64,000 nucleotides of DNA, from assembly GCA_002269645.1 (NCBI GenBank), contig NIVC01001833.1, positions 62,001-126,000 of the forward strand, written 5' to 3'. Each line of letters begins with the position of its first letter. The stretch's first letter is position 1. The notes under the pieces are model-generated. The model saw only the letters and a program-made list of their open reading frames with translations, was not told the origin of the DNA and searched no databases. The position numbers and the translations under genes were made by a program. Shown here piece by piece: positions 23,762-36,929 of the stretch. The DNA comes from Macrostomum lignano. Lineage: Eukaryota.

Positions 23762-26700
23762 TCAGCACAAACACAGATCTTCGTCGTAGTCCTCCAGATC
23801 GTCGCTATTTCGTTGGTTGCCATGAAGACTGAAGCCTGTGTCGCGAGACGCGGAATCCTCCGCTTTACTATAATTGCGCGACATCATCGGCCGACTATTA
23901 ACCAGCTTGTGGGCCAGAGTTAAGAATATCGACTCAACGTGATTAGCTTTAGAATCGTCTTTGGCGCTAGTCTCAAACAATGGCATAGAGTGACTGTCAG
24001 CGAATCGTTGAGCAGTTTGAGTTGGCACCGATTGTGCTGGCTCGTCACATTTATTGCCAATCAATAATCTGGGTATGTCGCCAGTTAAATAATGCTCCTC
24101 GCACTCTTGCAACCAGATTGGCAGACTATTAAAAGAGTTTGGCTTAGTCATATCGTACACAAATACTACTGCGTGAACATTGCGATAGTAGTGCGGTAGC
24201 ATGCTGCGGCGGAATCGCTCCTGTCCAGCCGTGTCCCAGAGTTGGAGCTGTGTTGGTTATTTCAATAGAATGGACAATTTAGTAAAGATCAAAGGTATCA
24301 GTTATTTTTACATTTTTATAATAATGTTTAGAGTTAGTTGAGAGCGATTTAAGAGCGATGAGATTCAGGTGATCAGCTTTGGCATTCAGAGTGTAGCCAG
24401 GATTTTCTATATTTAGGGCGCCAGTACCAAGCGGCTTTAGGATGCTCTACATCTCTAAAGGCTTTAAGCACAAAGGGGCGCCAATAACAAGGGCCTTAGA
24501 TAAAGCAAGGAAAAGCCTGAGTCTAAGCATTGAGGAAGACAATAAGGAAATGACAACTTGGACTACTGAAAATTAAACATGACATCGGAATTTGTGGTAC
24601 TAACATTTTTGCTAAAACAATATTGCATAACATAGTCTTAGCTATGAAAACTTGGAAAATTATCCTTCTTTTTATTAAAGCAAAAATGGATTTTTTGCAT
24701 ATTTTTGTGTTCTAATGCAAAAAGTACAAGGGTTGTCCCAGAAATATTGGGAAAAACTGGTACAGAGGCTGACTGTGATATTCAAATTTGATGCAACTTT
24801 TGTCATAAGTAGAAAAAATCCAACGGTTGTTTTGGTTTTTAAATGGGCCAAAAATGTCAATTCTTTCAAAAGTTAGGCCTATAAATAGAACAAGGGGTTA
24901 GGGGTAGAGTTACAACCAAGTCCAGCCTACTATGCTGGCCATAGACTAAACTTTTGATGTTTAGTCAGAACCATTGATTCGAAAACAAAAGCAAAGGAAG
25001 AAGCTGAAGAGAAACAAAAGAGCACATAAGCTCTCAAAAAAAGCAGAAGCTAATCTGAAGCAGAAGTGGAAGCAGAACAGCTGCAGGCTGCAGGCTGAGG
25101 GGTGACTTTGTTGAAAAATCATCAGTCAAGTGTGATGGCGATGCTGCGTGACCAACTTTGCAGACCCCTCAACTTGGTGTAACTCTACACCCCCACCCAT
25201 TGTTCTATTTATAGGCACAACTTTTGAAAGAATTGACATTTTTACCCTATTTAAAAAGCAAAACAACCATTGGATTTTTTCTATTTATGATGAAAGTTGC
25301 ATAAAATTCGAATATCATAGTCAGCCTCTATTTTGGTTTTTCCCACTATTTCTAGGACAACCCTTGTAGCATGTAACATAATACAACATAATATTATATG
25401 AAAAGAAATGGTGAAAGACTATTATATCAATAATTATTAAAAAAATTAAATATTTTAAATCCAACCTTAAAAACCTTTTATTCATATAAACACTATAACT
25501 TTATAAGTTAGTATTTACAAATTACAATATTATTTCTAGGCATGCAACTTGTTGTGACCAAAAATGCAACTTATAAAAAGCTTAAGCAAAAATAATATAA
25601 TTCTGTATAAATAATAGGAAAACTATGACTATATTATATTAAGGCTAAATTCCAAGTTAACTAATTAGTAGTACAATGTTTATTTTTGTTTGGGTGGGCA
25701 TCTTTGTGACTTACCTTGGCTGACCCTCTAACTAGCCAGCCAGATTGTCTAGTCAATATTGTTAAAACAAGCTTGGCCAGGTGTTATGCATATATTGTCA
25801 CTTAATTTCAATAAATTTGCTGGATCTAGACTAGAAACTCAGCCTTTTAAACTTTATTGGTATAATGCATATACAACACCTAGCAAACCTGGCCAAACTG
25901 GCTTAGTAAAAAAAGCTACTTCCCTAAAAATTGACCCTAAAAATGAAAACTTAAAAAGGATAATCAAGGAGCCAAAGAACCAAAAAATTCAAAATAAAAA
26001 AGAAAAATGAGGAAAAGACAAAGATGAAAGAAACAAAATAAATAACAATAGCTCAAGACAAAGGGTTAAAAGGGGTAAGTAATCTAAGTAATAGCTATTA
26101 CTTAAATTAAATTGCTAAAACAAACCAACCATAAACAAATGCATAATAAATGCTTAGCTAATTATATCAAGATAAAATGTTACACAAGAGATTGTGAGAC
26201 AAGAACATATTATTTTAAATTCTAAAATCTTACTTATGACTCAATAACACTTCTATTTTTGGATTTTTTAATGTAGTGTAAAAGTCTACATATTAATTTT
26301 GCAAATATTTGTCTTTTTATTTGTCTTTGATTTCTTTCTTAATCTTTTGTAATCTTTTTGCTATACCTGCTAATGATATTGAAACAACCTTCCTATTTGT
26401 ATTTTATTATGAGCTAATTAACTTTCATGTTTCAGAAACATTTATAAGTTGATAAAAAAATTGATAATTACAAATGTAAGCCAAAAAAATTAGTGCACAC
26501 CTATTCTTAAAAATCTGCTAGTGTTGCAACAAAAATGACCTTTTATATTGTGAAATAGACCTTTTTTGACAAACAAATTGGTTTATTTTTTTCTGTTTTT
26601 GGCATTAATATTTATAGTAGAAAATTGATACATATAAAGATTTGTTTAAATGCTTTACTATAAGCTTAAAATCTTGGAAAGAGGGAAATTTCTATTAAGA

Positions 26701-29598
26701 AATAAACTTTTTTGATTTTTTTTTCTACTTAACAGTAACTCTTCTGTGATTTTATGAAGTGCATGCCAGGAATATTTTTAAGAGTGATGCATGCCAACTG
26801 TGCATGCCTATTTTGATGTACAAGGCCAATGTATGCCTAAATTTTTGGGAAAATACTATATAATCTAGAGTGTGGCTCTAGTCCTATCTTAGTCCTACTT
26901 TTAATAAAACTTAAATCCTACCTACTATCTTAGCAATCTCTATATGCCAAGAGGGCACACTAGGCCTCTTTATACTAAGTTAATATCCCAATGATATACT
27001 CTAGGTCCCTATATATGCTAGAATTTTCTTGCATACATATATACCATTTAGATTAGAATCTAGTATGATCTAGACAATAGATTAGTAGTAGTATTATTAA
27101 TTGTGTGAAAAAAATTTAAACCTATTCAAAAGCAAGAATAATAGCTAATTATATACAAAGCAGAAAAATGCTTCAATTTTGGAGCCACCAAAAGAGCTTA
27201 ACAAGTTATTTGGTACCATAGAAATAGAAAGCAACCATTACATTATAGTCAAAGTTATCTTTATATATTTAAAATAAATAACCTTGTTTGTTTTAACCTT
27301 GATGAAGTGACTAGATGCAAAACAGCTTAAAAATAATATAATGAAATGAAGTAACTAGTGTTAGGCAAAGTTCCGGCACTTCTGGCACTTTTAGTACTAC
27401 TACTAATACTGAATGCTGACTACTAAATCACGTGTCTTGATGTTTTAGCATTAACTACTAATGCTGAAACAAGACACATTCAACACAATAGAAATCCTTG
27501 TTTAACAACTCTTTGCAAGTTTTCTAACAATCATAACTAGCAGTACATCAGGACACTACACTCGTGATTTGTAGAGCATTTTTGAAGGCCAATTTATTCA
27601 TTTCAATATTTATGTACGACAACACAAGTGATGCACTCTAAGGTTTTGAGTTTTAACTCCTTTAAGGCTAATTTTCATTTTCTAATTGCAGCAGAAAGGC
27701 ACTATAATGAAGTTATTTTTAAGTCTTGCACATTGGTTCATCTATCAAATTCCAACCATTTGTTATCCAGTATGTTTTTGTTAACTGTTAATTAGCATTT
27801 AAAAGGTTCCCAAAATATTATTATTGATTCTAAATGAGTTAGCAGTACAAAAGTATACTTACACTACTATAAATATATAGCTGCTATAAAACTACAGCAC
27901 AATAATATATATAATAGGGCAACAAGAGAATGGCCCACACAAACTAAGAGTCGCCTGAAGTATTCTACACTGATCATTTTAACATACCTATTCATGCTTA
28001 GGCGCAACCTTGGGATTCATCCGGCCATTTCTATTGGCAACATACATATGTAAGTTGCTATTGGACAGAACAGTAGTCACGTGACTGCTCTCAGCCAATA
28101 GCGACTTACATGTGTGTGTTGCCAATAGAAACAGCCAGATGTATGTATGTATTGTATGTATCTATTAGACAAAATTATCTTTATATATACTTCTGAAGAT
28201 TCAGAATCAATATTTGAAAATCAGCTGCCAAATTTTTATGCAAATTGTCCTAATAAGTATTGTAATATTTGTTTTGTAAAGGTTTTATTTATTCACTCAA
28301 ATTTTGGATATGATAATAACAAAGAACATTTTGTAGCATTTTTATTTGAGGAATAATATCAGTTTAATTCTAGACCAACACATGTTTTTGTTTTTTTCAC
28401 TAAGATATGTTTAAGCACTTTCTAATTGGCAGTTCTTAAAAATTACAAAGGACTGGTAATGGAAGTACTAGAAGATGAAAGTTACTTTTTTTAAAAGTAC
28501 TGGTACCAAAACAAGTGCTAGAAGTTACTTTCCTTGGAACCAGAAATTATTTAACCAGAAGTTGCTTTTTCAAAATAACTTTTTCAACATTGGAAGTAAC
28601 CAAATATTTATGCTAGATACTTAATTATCAACCAATCAATCTATGTGAGATTTGAGTTAGTGAAAACTATTTTTTGTTTATTAGCTATTAAGCTGCAGCA
28701 AGCAATAACAAATTGAACAACAAGTTTTATCAATTGAGATGACAAAATGACTAGGATTAATTGACAATAAGATTCTAAAAAATATGTTTGATTGCCATAT
28801 GAACTCACTTGAAGTTGGAACTAATATGATTGGTGGATGATGAAATGACTCCTTTTAGGTAGCGCATGTTAATTAAAATGAAGTTACAATAGTCGAGATA
28901 AGCACCCTAGATACTTAGACCTAGATGAAAAAATGGCAGATGATGAAATATACATGCGCAACAGTCAGCCAAGTTGGCTGACTAATTTAGCAGCCAAGCA
29001 AGGAAGTCGCAAAAATGCCCACCCAAAAATACCATAGTAGTACTAAGTAGCTGATAAGGCATTTCGGCTTAGTAAGACGATCATAGTTACTCCCGCCATT
29101 TACCCAAAGTTGCATTTATTTTGCTTTAGGGTTTTTTACATGTAAGTCACATTTTGGCCAAAAACTACGTTGCTTTTTTGTTAAAACTAAGTTGCATGGC
29201 CGACCGAATTTTCGAGATAGCACATGTATATGACGAAATGACTAGGAACCTTAGGCATGTCCATAAGCTTATTTAATGATATAAAACTAAACTTAAATAT
29301 TTTATACTCAATATTTTAGTTTTGGTTAGAACAAAAAAAGAAAAATTCAAAAAATTTTTTAAAAACATACCTTAACATCTTCAGAGCCTATTTTTATAGA
29401 TCTCTCACGAAAGTCAACACCAATAGTGGCTTCAGTCCTAGAAGGAAACTTTCCTTCACAAAATCGATAGGTCAGACAAGTCTTTCCAACATTGGAATCT
29501 CCAACAACAATAATTTTGAAAATTCTTTTGGACTTTTTTGCACTAGCTGAAGCAAAAGTTCCAACATTATTTCCATTTATTTCATTCAGATTGGACAT
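23762..29598 (-). CDS. RAB33: Rab33 small GTPase, 237 aa. Exons 29598-29371 and 24247-23762.
   Basis: Motifs [63 protein letters not shown] and a C-terminal CLC. One phase-0 GT-AG intron of 5123 bp. Confidence 0.95.
24727..25366. mobile_element. Tc1/mariner-type MITE with ~200-bp TIRs in the Rab33 intron
   Basis: TA|CAAGGGTTGTCCCAGAAATA on the left and TATTTCTAGGACAACCCTTG|TA on the right; the arms align for about 200 bp. Confidence 0.8.
28018..28141. repeat. ~124-bp imperfect palindrome centred on GTCACGTGAC
   Basis: The arms TTTCTATTGGCAACA...ATGTAAGTTGCTATTGG pair with CCAATAGCGACTTACAT...TGTTGCCAATAGAAA. Confidence 0.8.
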
Positions 29599-30991
29599 AC
29601 TTAGACATTACATACTAGCCTGCTAATTAATATTACACACTACAGTAACGATTAGATGACGATACTAATGAAACAAAAACAGGTCTAACCAGTACGCAAC
29701 TAATTATAAATTAGGAAAAATATTTAGGTGTATAATTTTCGCAACGTTCTGAGCTCACAGCGCTAAAGCACAAATTTAAATTTTGGACTATAGAAACTCA
29801 CATGTTATAAAAGGTTTTAACAAAACGTTAAAGGTAGGTAATACCTAAACAAAATTCCTAGCTATTAAATTCAGTTAAAATATTATAAACATAAAATATT
29901 TGGCTAAAATACTTTGATGGTCAGATAAGAAAAAAGAAACGTTTGCTTTTGACTGAGCTGCAAATTCCGGGGTGATAGATACGGGAGTTGTGTATAGTAG
30001 ATTAACTATTATAGAGAAGCAGGCAAGGTAATGACATATCTTTATGATGCGTATTCGTGAGACGGTTCGTTCCGTCTAATCGTTTATTTGTGGTAACAAA
30101 AAGGAGCTGAAATAATTCGTTATCGTAAGAGCCCTTGTCTCACTCGCTCGTTCGTTAGTTAATTCCATTTTCCCTCCTGCGCTCAGCTCTTTAGTAACTG
30201 TCTGGGTCTTCTTATTCAATAAATAATCATACTTTATGAGGAGTGTCATGTATGCGCGCAGTAAACTTAGTGCGTACATATACATCTAAATATACTAAAT
30301 CTCTATGTTTGCTTGTCCATAACGCTCTAGAGCGAGCAATTCTTCACCAATTTTGGTAGTTACTATACTTCAACTTCAATACTCTTCGTACAATTATTAT
30401 TTTCCTAAAATTCTTTACCAGACTAAAGCACAAATCATTGTGACCTCATAAAATTACTCTACGTGGCTGTCATCACAGTGCGACGCTCCGCCTTTCAGGC
30501 TCGGGGACAATTTTTATAAAACCTAAAAAATAAATGCATTGACTTTTCGTTGTGATAATAACGAGGTTCTACCCGACGGGTGCTAACAACAATTTAAATA
30601 CATCAAAATCGCAGATGATTTCGAAGAAAATGCATTCTTAGTTTTGGACCTTTTGGTGTGCTACCAGCTACTGTAGGGCGTAGGCCCTATGCATTATTCT
30701 TGGCTTGGCCTCTCTGTCGTTTTGGTGGCATTTTTCAATTTAAAATTCTTCCTTTTTTCCATACTATTCATGCATTTGTTATTTTTAATCAAGTTTGTTT
30801 CCTGTGGAATTCGGTTCTTTTTATATTATAATATTCAACATTCCACATTCGTTGGTCGTTGGACTCATTCTCTTCTCATGTACAATATATGTGCAAGTTT
30901 AGTTTGTCATTGTATAAATTGTTTTAATATAGGCCCGCAGTAATAATTTAAAAGAAGGCATAACTATGAAGCTATTATGTGTAATTTTTTA

Positions 30992-31389
30992 CGAAGAGCT
31001 TGCGTGCACGGCCGCCGTTCACGTAAGCTCAGAATTGCGTGCACGGCAGAGCTATATCTTATAGGCTTATTATACAGTAAGTCATATACTATTTGAATTA
31101 ATATTCAAGTTAACAAAAAAAACAATGAATTAAGATTACATTTGCAGTCCATGGTGTACGAGGGATAAAACATTATAAAACAATATAGTAAAAATATTTT
31201 TTAATTAGGTTTGCCAATGCCAATGCGTGGATTTAAGGGCCCCAGTCCCGGCCAATTGCCGGCTGCCGTGCACGCAATTACAACACTAGGTGTACGGCTG
31301 CATACATGCAAATAAAGCACTAGGTAGATAGCCGCCGTGCACGCAATTCTGAGCTTACGTGAACGGCTGCCGTGCATGCAAGCTCTTCG
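30992..31389. mobile_element. Mutator-like MITE (398 bp)
   Basis: TIRs of about 60 bp (CGAAGAGCTTGCGTGCACGG...) and a 9-bp TSD AATTTTTTA at 30983-30991 and 31390-31398. Confidence 0.85.
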
Positions 31390-31684
31390 AATTTTTTATT
31401 ATGTAGTTTGTCTTAACTTTAATTGTTTTAAGTAAAATTCTAATTAAACATTTTTAGATAAATCCAACTTTAATAATATTACTTTATTCATTCATAATAT
31501 TTATAGGTAGGGCTTTTTGCCAAATGCCTAGTTCAACACCATGGGTGCCAGTTATTTTGTCTGCCAATAGTTCATCTGCTAACTATACAAAAAGTTTCTC
31601 ATTCTTAAACTATTTATTTAGGCCTTTTTACAAAATTGATGCATGACTAAGATCCCTACAAGATGAGTGTAAAATACACCGCAC

Positions 31685-31930
31685 GTTATTACGGATGTTA
31701 TTCCACACATTATTCCATATGTTCCACTAGTTATTCTACATGTTCCGCACAGTATTCCACAAGTTATTCTGCATTCTATTCCGCATGCTATTCCGCACGC
31801 TATTCTGCATGTTATTCTGCACATTATTCCGCATGTTATTCTGCACATTATTCCGCATGTTATTCTGCACAAAATTCTGCACATTATTCTGCAAGTTATT
31901 CCACATGTTATTCTGTACTTTATGCTGCAC
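31685..31930. repeat. 12-bp minisatellite (TTATTCCGCATG)
   Basis: About 20 copies; an inverted array of the same unit lies at about 34775-34880. Confidence 0.9.
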
Positions 31931-33069
31931 ATTAGTTCGCACATCTACTTTTTTTAACATATTTCCCACTATTAAGCTAGCTCTAGTCTAACTTACGACT
32001 GAACTTACGCATCCGATACATGATTTCCATATCAAAAATGTGAAGATATAGATATAGTTTTAATATAAGTATGACAATCTGCATAAAATACAATTGTAAA
32101 AATAATGTGTCATTAGCTAAATGCTTTTAGAGCATAATTATAGCAGTAATACGGTTTACTTACTACACATTAGTTTTTATTTAGTGTTAGGACTTATAAT
32201 ATTTATTAAAGCATAAACTTCTTTCAGTATCAAAGAATACTTTATTTTGCATCCTGTAGTAGTGACACATATATGACTATGATGTGATTCTTTCATTAAT
32301 TAATATATATTGATATGTAGTCACTTTTCTCTTCTCTTTCTCTAACCTCTCTGCAACCCCACCTCTGTGCATGCAACTCTGTAACTCAACTTACAACTCT
32401 ACAACTACAGACTCTGTTGCAGTCAATTATAATTTTACGAATGCCATGTACTTGTAATCCAGGAAAATATAACGACAAGCATACATGCGCAACTTCTGAA
32501 ATTACGCTGGCCGTGCGACTTAGTTTTTGATAAAAAATGCGACTTACCTATGAAAGAGCCAAGCAAAAACTTTAGGTAAACGGCAGGAGTAACTATGACA
32601 ATATTTTTTAAGCTTAATGCCTCGCCAGCTAATTAGTGCTGCGTGCAGATTCCGCGTTTTTATAACAGCTAATCAGTATGTCATCTAGTGGCGGCATGAA
32701 GCAATTAGTAAATTGTCAGTACAGTGTAGTGAGCATACTACAAAAGTCATGATTCATGAATGTCCAGAAGTAAGTGAAGTGAATACAGTGTGACCTATAG
32801 CTCAAGAACGATTTGCTAGACGATTTGGCATGGAAGATGAGAGCCCTGATTCAGATGGCTCATCAGATGCAGAATACGAATCCAGTAGAGATACAAGCTG
32901 TGAAAACCCACAGATTTTTAAACCACTGAATTCTAATTCCCGGAACTATTTTTGCATAGATTCTAAATATGAAGTCATGCTCAAACAAAAACTTGTTAAC
33001 AGTTAGGAAAAAGGCAAAGATGGGAGTAATGCATGTTAAACTAAGATTTGAGGCCTTTGCAAATTCTCT

Positions 33070-33710
33070 CCATTCCTCAATCTTCTCATCCTCTTTTTCT
33101 TTTCTCTCTCATCCCTTATCCCTTCTCTCTTTCCTCTCCTCTCCTATTTCTTCTGTCTCCTCTCTACATTCTTATCTCTCCTCTTGTCTCTCTCCATTCC
33201 ACTCTACTCTCTCATCTTATCTTCCCTCTCATCTCCACTCTACTCTCTAATCTTATCTCTCCTCTCTTTTCTACTCTCTCATCTCTCCTCTCTTCACTCT
33301 CCTCTCATCTCCTCTTTATCCTCTCTTCTCTCATCTACTCTCTCTTTCCTCTTTCCTCTCTTCTGATCTCATCCATCATCTTTTCTTTCCTCTTTCCTCT
33401 AATCTCCTCTTCTCTCTCATCTCTTTTTCCTCCCTCAGCTTTTCTCTCCTCTTCTATCTTTTCTCCCATCGCATCGCTCGCCTCTCCTCTGTTTGCTTAT
33501 CTCTAATCTTCTATTCCCTCTACTTTGAAGTAAGAAAATATGCACATATTTTTGCTGAAGATAAGAGGAGAGAAGAGGGCATTGAGGAGAAAGGGTAGAG
33601 AGAAAGGGGGAGAAGAGAGGAGAGTAAAAATGAGAGGAGAGAGAAGAGGGAAAAGGGGGGAGAGAGAAGAGGGGAGGCAAGGTAGAGAAGAAGAGAGAGA
33701 TGAGAGTTTA
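33070..33710. repeat. CT-rich then GA-rich low-complexity tract
   Basis: Visible composition; it is the source of the Ser/Leu-rich spurious ORFs. Confidence 0.85.
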
Positions 33711-33974
33711 AGAGACACCAACCTTGCTAGTTAGGAAGTTTCAAAGAACCCGAGGGGCAAGGGCCAGATAGAGGGGCTTCGCGAGCCAGAGTTTGCCAAC
33801 CCCTGCTCCAGAGTTTAAGAAATCAATGGGAAACTGTTGACGCGGGCTTCTGATTTCAAAGATCTTGTCTGTTGTTGAAGGCTTCTATTCTGTTTTTGCT
33901 CTCCTGCCACACTTGCACCTACTACCCCCTGATTGCCTCTGATTGTGACTTACTTCCCTCTTATTGCAACTTAG

Positions 33975-34460
33975 TTGCTTCTTTTTGCGACTTACCTAAT
34001 CCTTTTTGCGACTTAGTTGCTTCTTTTTGCGACTTACCTAATCCTTTTTGCGACTTACCTAACCCTTTTGCGACTTACCTAATCCTTTTTGCGACTTACC
34101 TAACCCTTTTGCGACTTACCTAATCCTTTTGCGACTTAGCTGATCCTTTTGCGACTTACCTAATCCTTTTTGCGACTTACCTAATCCTTTTTGCGACTTA
34201 CCTAATCCTTTTTGCAACTTACCTAATCCTTTTGCGACTTACCTAACCCTTTTGCGACTTACCTAATCCTTTTGCGACTTAGCTGATCCTTTTGCGACTT
34301 ACCTAATCCTTTTTGCGACTTACCTAATCCTTTTGCAACTTAGCTGATCCTTTTGCGACTTACCTGATTCTTTTTGCGACTTACCTGATTCCTGTTGCGA
34401 CTTACCTGATTCCTGTTGCGACTTACCTGATCCTTTTTGCGACTTACCTGATTATTTTTA
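33975..34460. repeat. 20/21-bp minisatellite (GCGACTTACCTAATCCTTTT)
   Basis: About 23 tandem copies. Confidence 0.95.
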
Positions 34461-35406
34461 CAACTTAGTTTGCTTCTTTTGCGAATTGTTTTTCTTTTGC
34501 TTCACCATTTTCCCTGAACTGCTCTTTCTTTCACTTTCCTCTTGCCTTTCTTGGTTCTTGTGTTTTTCTGTTTTTGGTTGACTCAATTTTGCGACTTACC
34601 CCTGGTCAGCCACGATTTATGGTGGCCGGATTGGCCAGGTCGGCCAGCAGTTGCGCATGTATGACAACAAGCTTATGTACATGTAGGCCTTTCGCTTTAC
34701 ATTTAAAATGTATCAAAAATTGAAAAATTACTTGTAAATTTTATATAGAACATTGTGAAAAAATGCCTAATATCATGCGAATAATGTGCGGTCAAATAAT
34801 ATGCGGAATAATGTGCCGAATAACTTACGGAATAACATGCAGAATTACATGCGGAATAACGTACAGAATAACATGTGGCGTAAGTTATTCACGTCCCTAC
34901 AAGGCCTACATACCAAGACTGCCATAGCTATTATTGGCTATTGGTATTAAGGGGGAGCTACTAATCTTCTTGCATTGCTATTATTCTTATAGGTTCCTTT
35001 CTTGCAGGCTTGTCTTGCTAGTTCTTCTACCCACTCATCTTGTCTGGCCATAGTCAAGAAGGTGGCACAGTGTATACCAAAATAATTTTTTGAGATAATC
35101 TGTATGCCATCTATGCATCGTCCATGCGCCATCTGAGCCACACTCTTCACAAGTAGAGTTTTCTAAAAAAAGGCTTTTGTACAAAGTTTTTTTTAAATAT
35201 TTCAAGTATTTTCATTTTAAACAAACTTAAATTATACCTACAAAAAGAGTGATACAAAATTGATAATTTTAGCAACAATTTATACTAATTTTTTTGCTGT
35301 TAATTTTTAAGAAGCAAAAAGTTTATCAATGGTTCTCTAGGCTATATAAATCTCCTTTATTTTATATAAAAACATTAATTTATATTACAACTTTCATGTA
35401 TGCCAT

Positions 35407-36398
35407 TGAAGTAGACGCTGTTTGCTTCCCGGATTAGGCCCTTGGGGATTACCTTAAACCTCGAGCCTCTTCAGTGGGAAGTCCTTTCAGCGCGCAGTAG
35501 CGTAGGTAGTGCTGCCACCAGTTCCTTCAGGTCTCGGCCTTCGATGAGGTGAGCTTCCCGTCGGAACGAAATAAACAAGTCAACGAACTCAGCACAGCGT
35601 GCAGATTTCCAGATTAATGAACAAGGCGTCCTGATCAGCAGATCCCCGCCGGGCTCAGGGGTGACTGGGAAGGCAATGTTAGCCTCCCTTAGGCTTGGGC
35701 TTTAGTGGGGTCTCAGTCAGACCAGTACAAACAGATTCAGTACGCAAAGGGCACTTAGTTAGACACTGATGCACACGGGTTCTTAGTGAATTCTCCGCAG
35801 ATAAGAAGCCAATCTTTGACGGAAACAAGGGGAGAGGGGTCCTATTTATAGCCGGGAAACACCCACGCACAAGACCTCGTGACTTGTTCTATTTTTAGAA
35901 CTGACGTCACTTGAGGTCTCGGGGCAGGGTCTCAGTGCGCGCAAGACCTCGTGACTCGTTCTATTTTTAGAACTGACGTCACTTAAGGTCTCCGGCCAGA
36001 GTACACGCGGCTGTGACTCAGTTGCTATTTTTAGCAACATGAGTCACTCCTCTCCTTAGAGAAGGGAGGGGTCCGAAAGCACGTGATTCTCCCGGTAAAC
36101 AGGGCCAACGAGTGCAGTAAACATGTTTACTGCACTTTAGGACTCGAAGAATGCAGAGTCTGTCATGTGACTTGCTCACATGACAGAGGAAAACGGGACG
36201 GGAACAAAACAGAGACAGCCCACAGCAGAGAAGCTGAGGGCTGAGAACAGAGACGCAGAAGGGCAGAACAGGCCAAGGGCAGCAACAGACGGGCCAAGGG
36301 GGCAGGAAGCTGACCAGCGGCAGACAGCAACCCAGGGCGAGGGCGAGGGAGACTGCTGACAAAGTGGGACGCCTAACACCAACTAGCGGATCACTACA
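35407..36398 (-). repeat. Gypsy 3' LTR
   Basis: Near-identical to 43321-44312. TATAAATAG on the minus strand at 35842-35850 and a 72-bp tandem duplication in U3. Confidence 0.97.
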
Positions 36399-36410
36399 CT
36401 CTCCCCGTTC
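36399..36410 (-). other. Gypsy polypurine tract
   Basis: GAACGGGGAGAG lies immediately before the 3' LTR on the element strand. Confidence 0.85.
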
Positions 36411-36929
36411 AAATGAAGAGGCAGAGTGAAAGCGAAGCGCGCTTTATTTAATAAACGAAATAGTGATTTTACTAAATAAAATTATTACAAATGCCTGGCA
36501 AAAGGATGGCAGTGTCACAAGGCATGCAAATTATTACACGGCTGGGCCAAGGTCAGGATTGTGACCCAAAATGGCGAAGCACCAATAGCACCGGTGGGTT
36601 GCCCACGCCAAGGCAGAGCCCTAGAAAATCATAAAATCGGAGGGGCTGGCAAGTCCCTCGGGCGTACGCAGAATCAGGACCTCAGTCCAACAGCAGTTTG
36701 GGGGCGCCGGCCCGGAAAATGGGCGCCTAAATATACGGGATACCATAGACAGCCGGCAGAGCCCGTCACTGGGGAGAAGGGGGATGCAGAACTGCATCAG
36801 AGCAACAGCTCACGGGAAGATAAAAGAGTACGCATTGCGGGGGCGCTGGCCCACTATTGAGGCGCCACATAAAGTAGAGCAGGGAAAAATCAGAGGGTGC
36901 CTGTCAGCACCAAGTCCACAGAGTCAGAG

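Noticed and set aside
36411-36929. env or an extra ORF in the Gypsy 3' region
   Set aside because: There is no sense-strand ORF of useful length; the 99-aa plus-strand ORF has no recognisable features.
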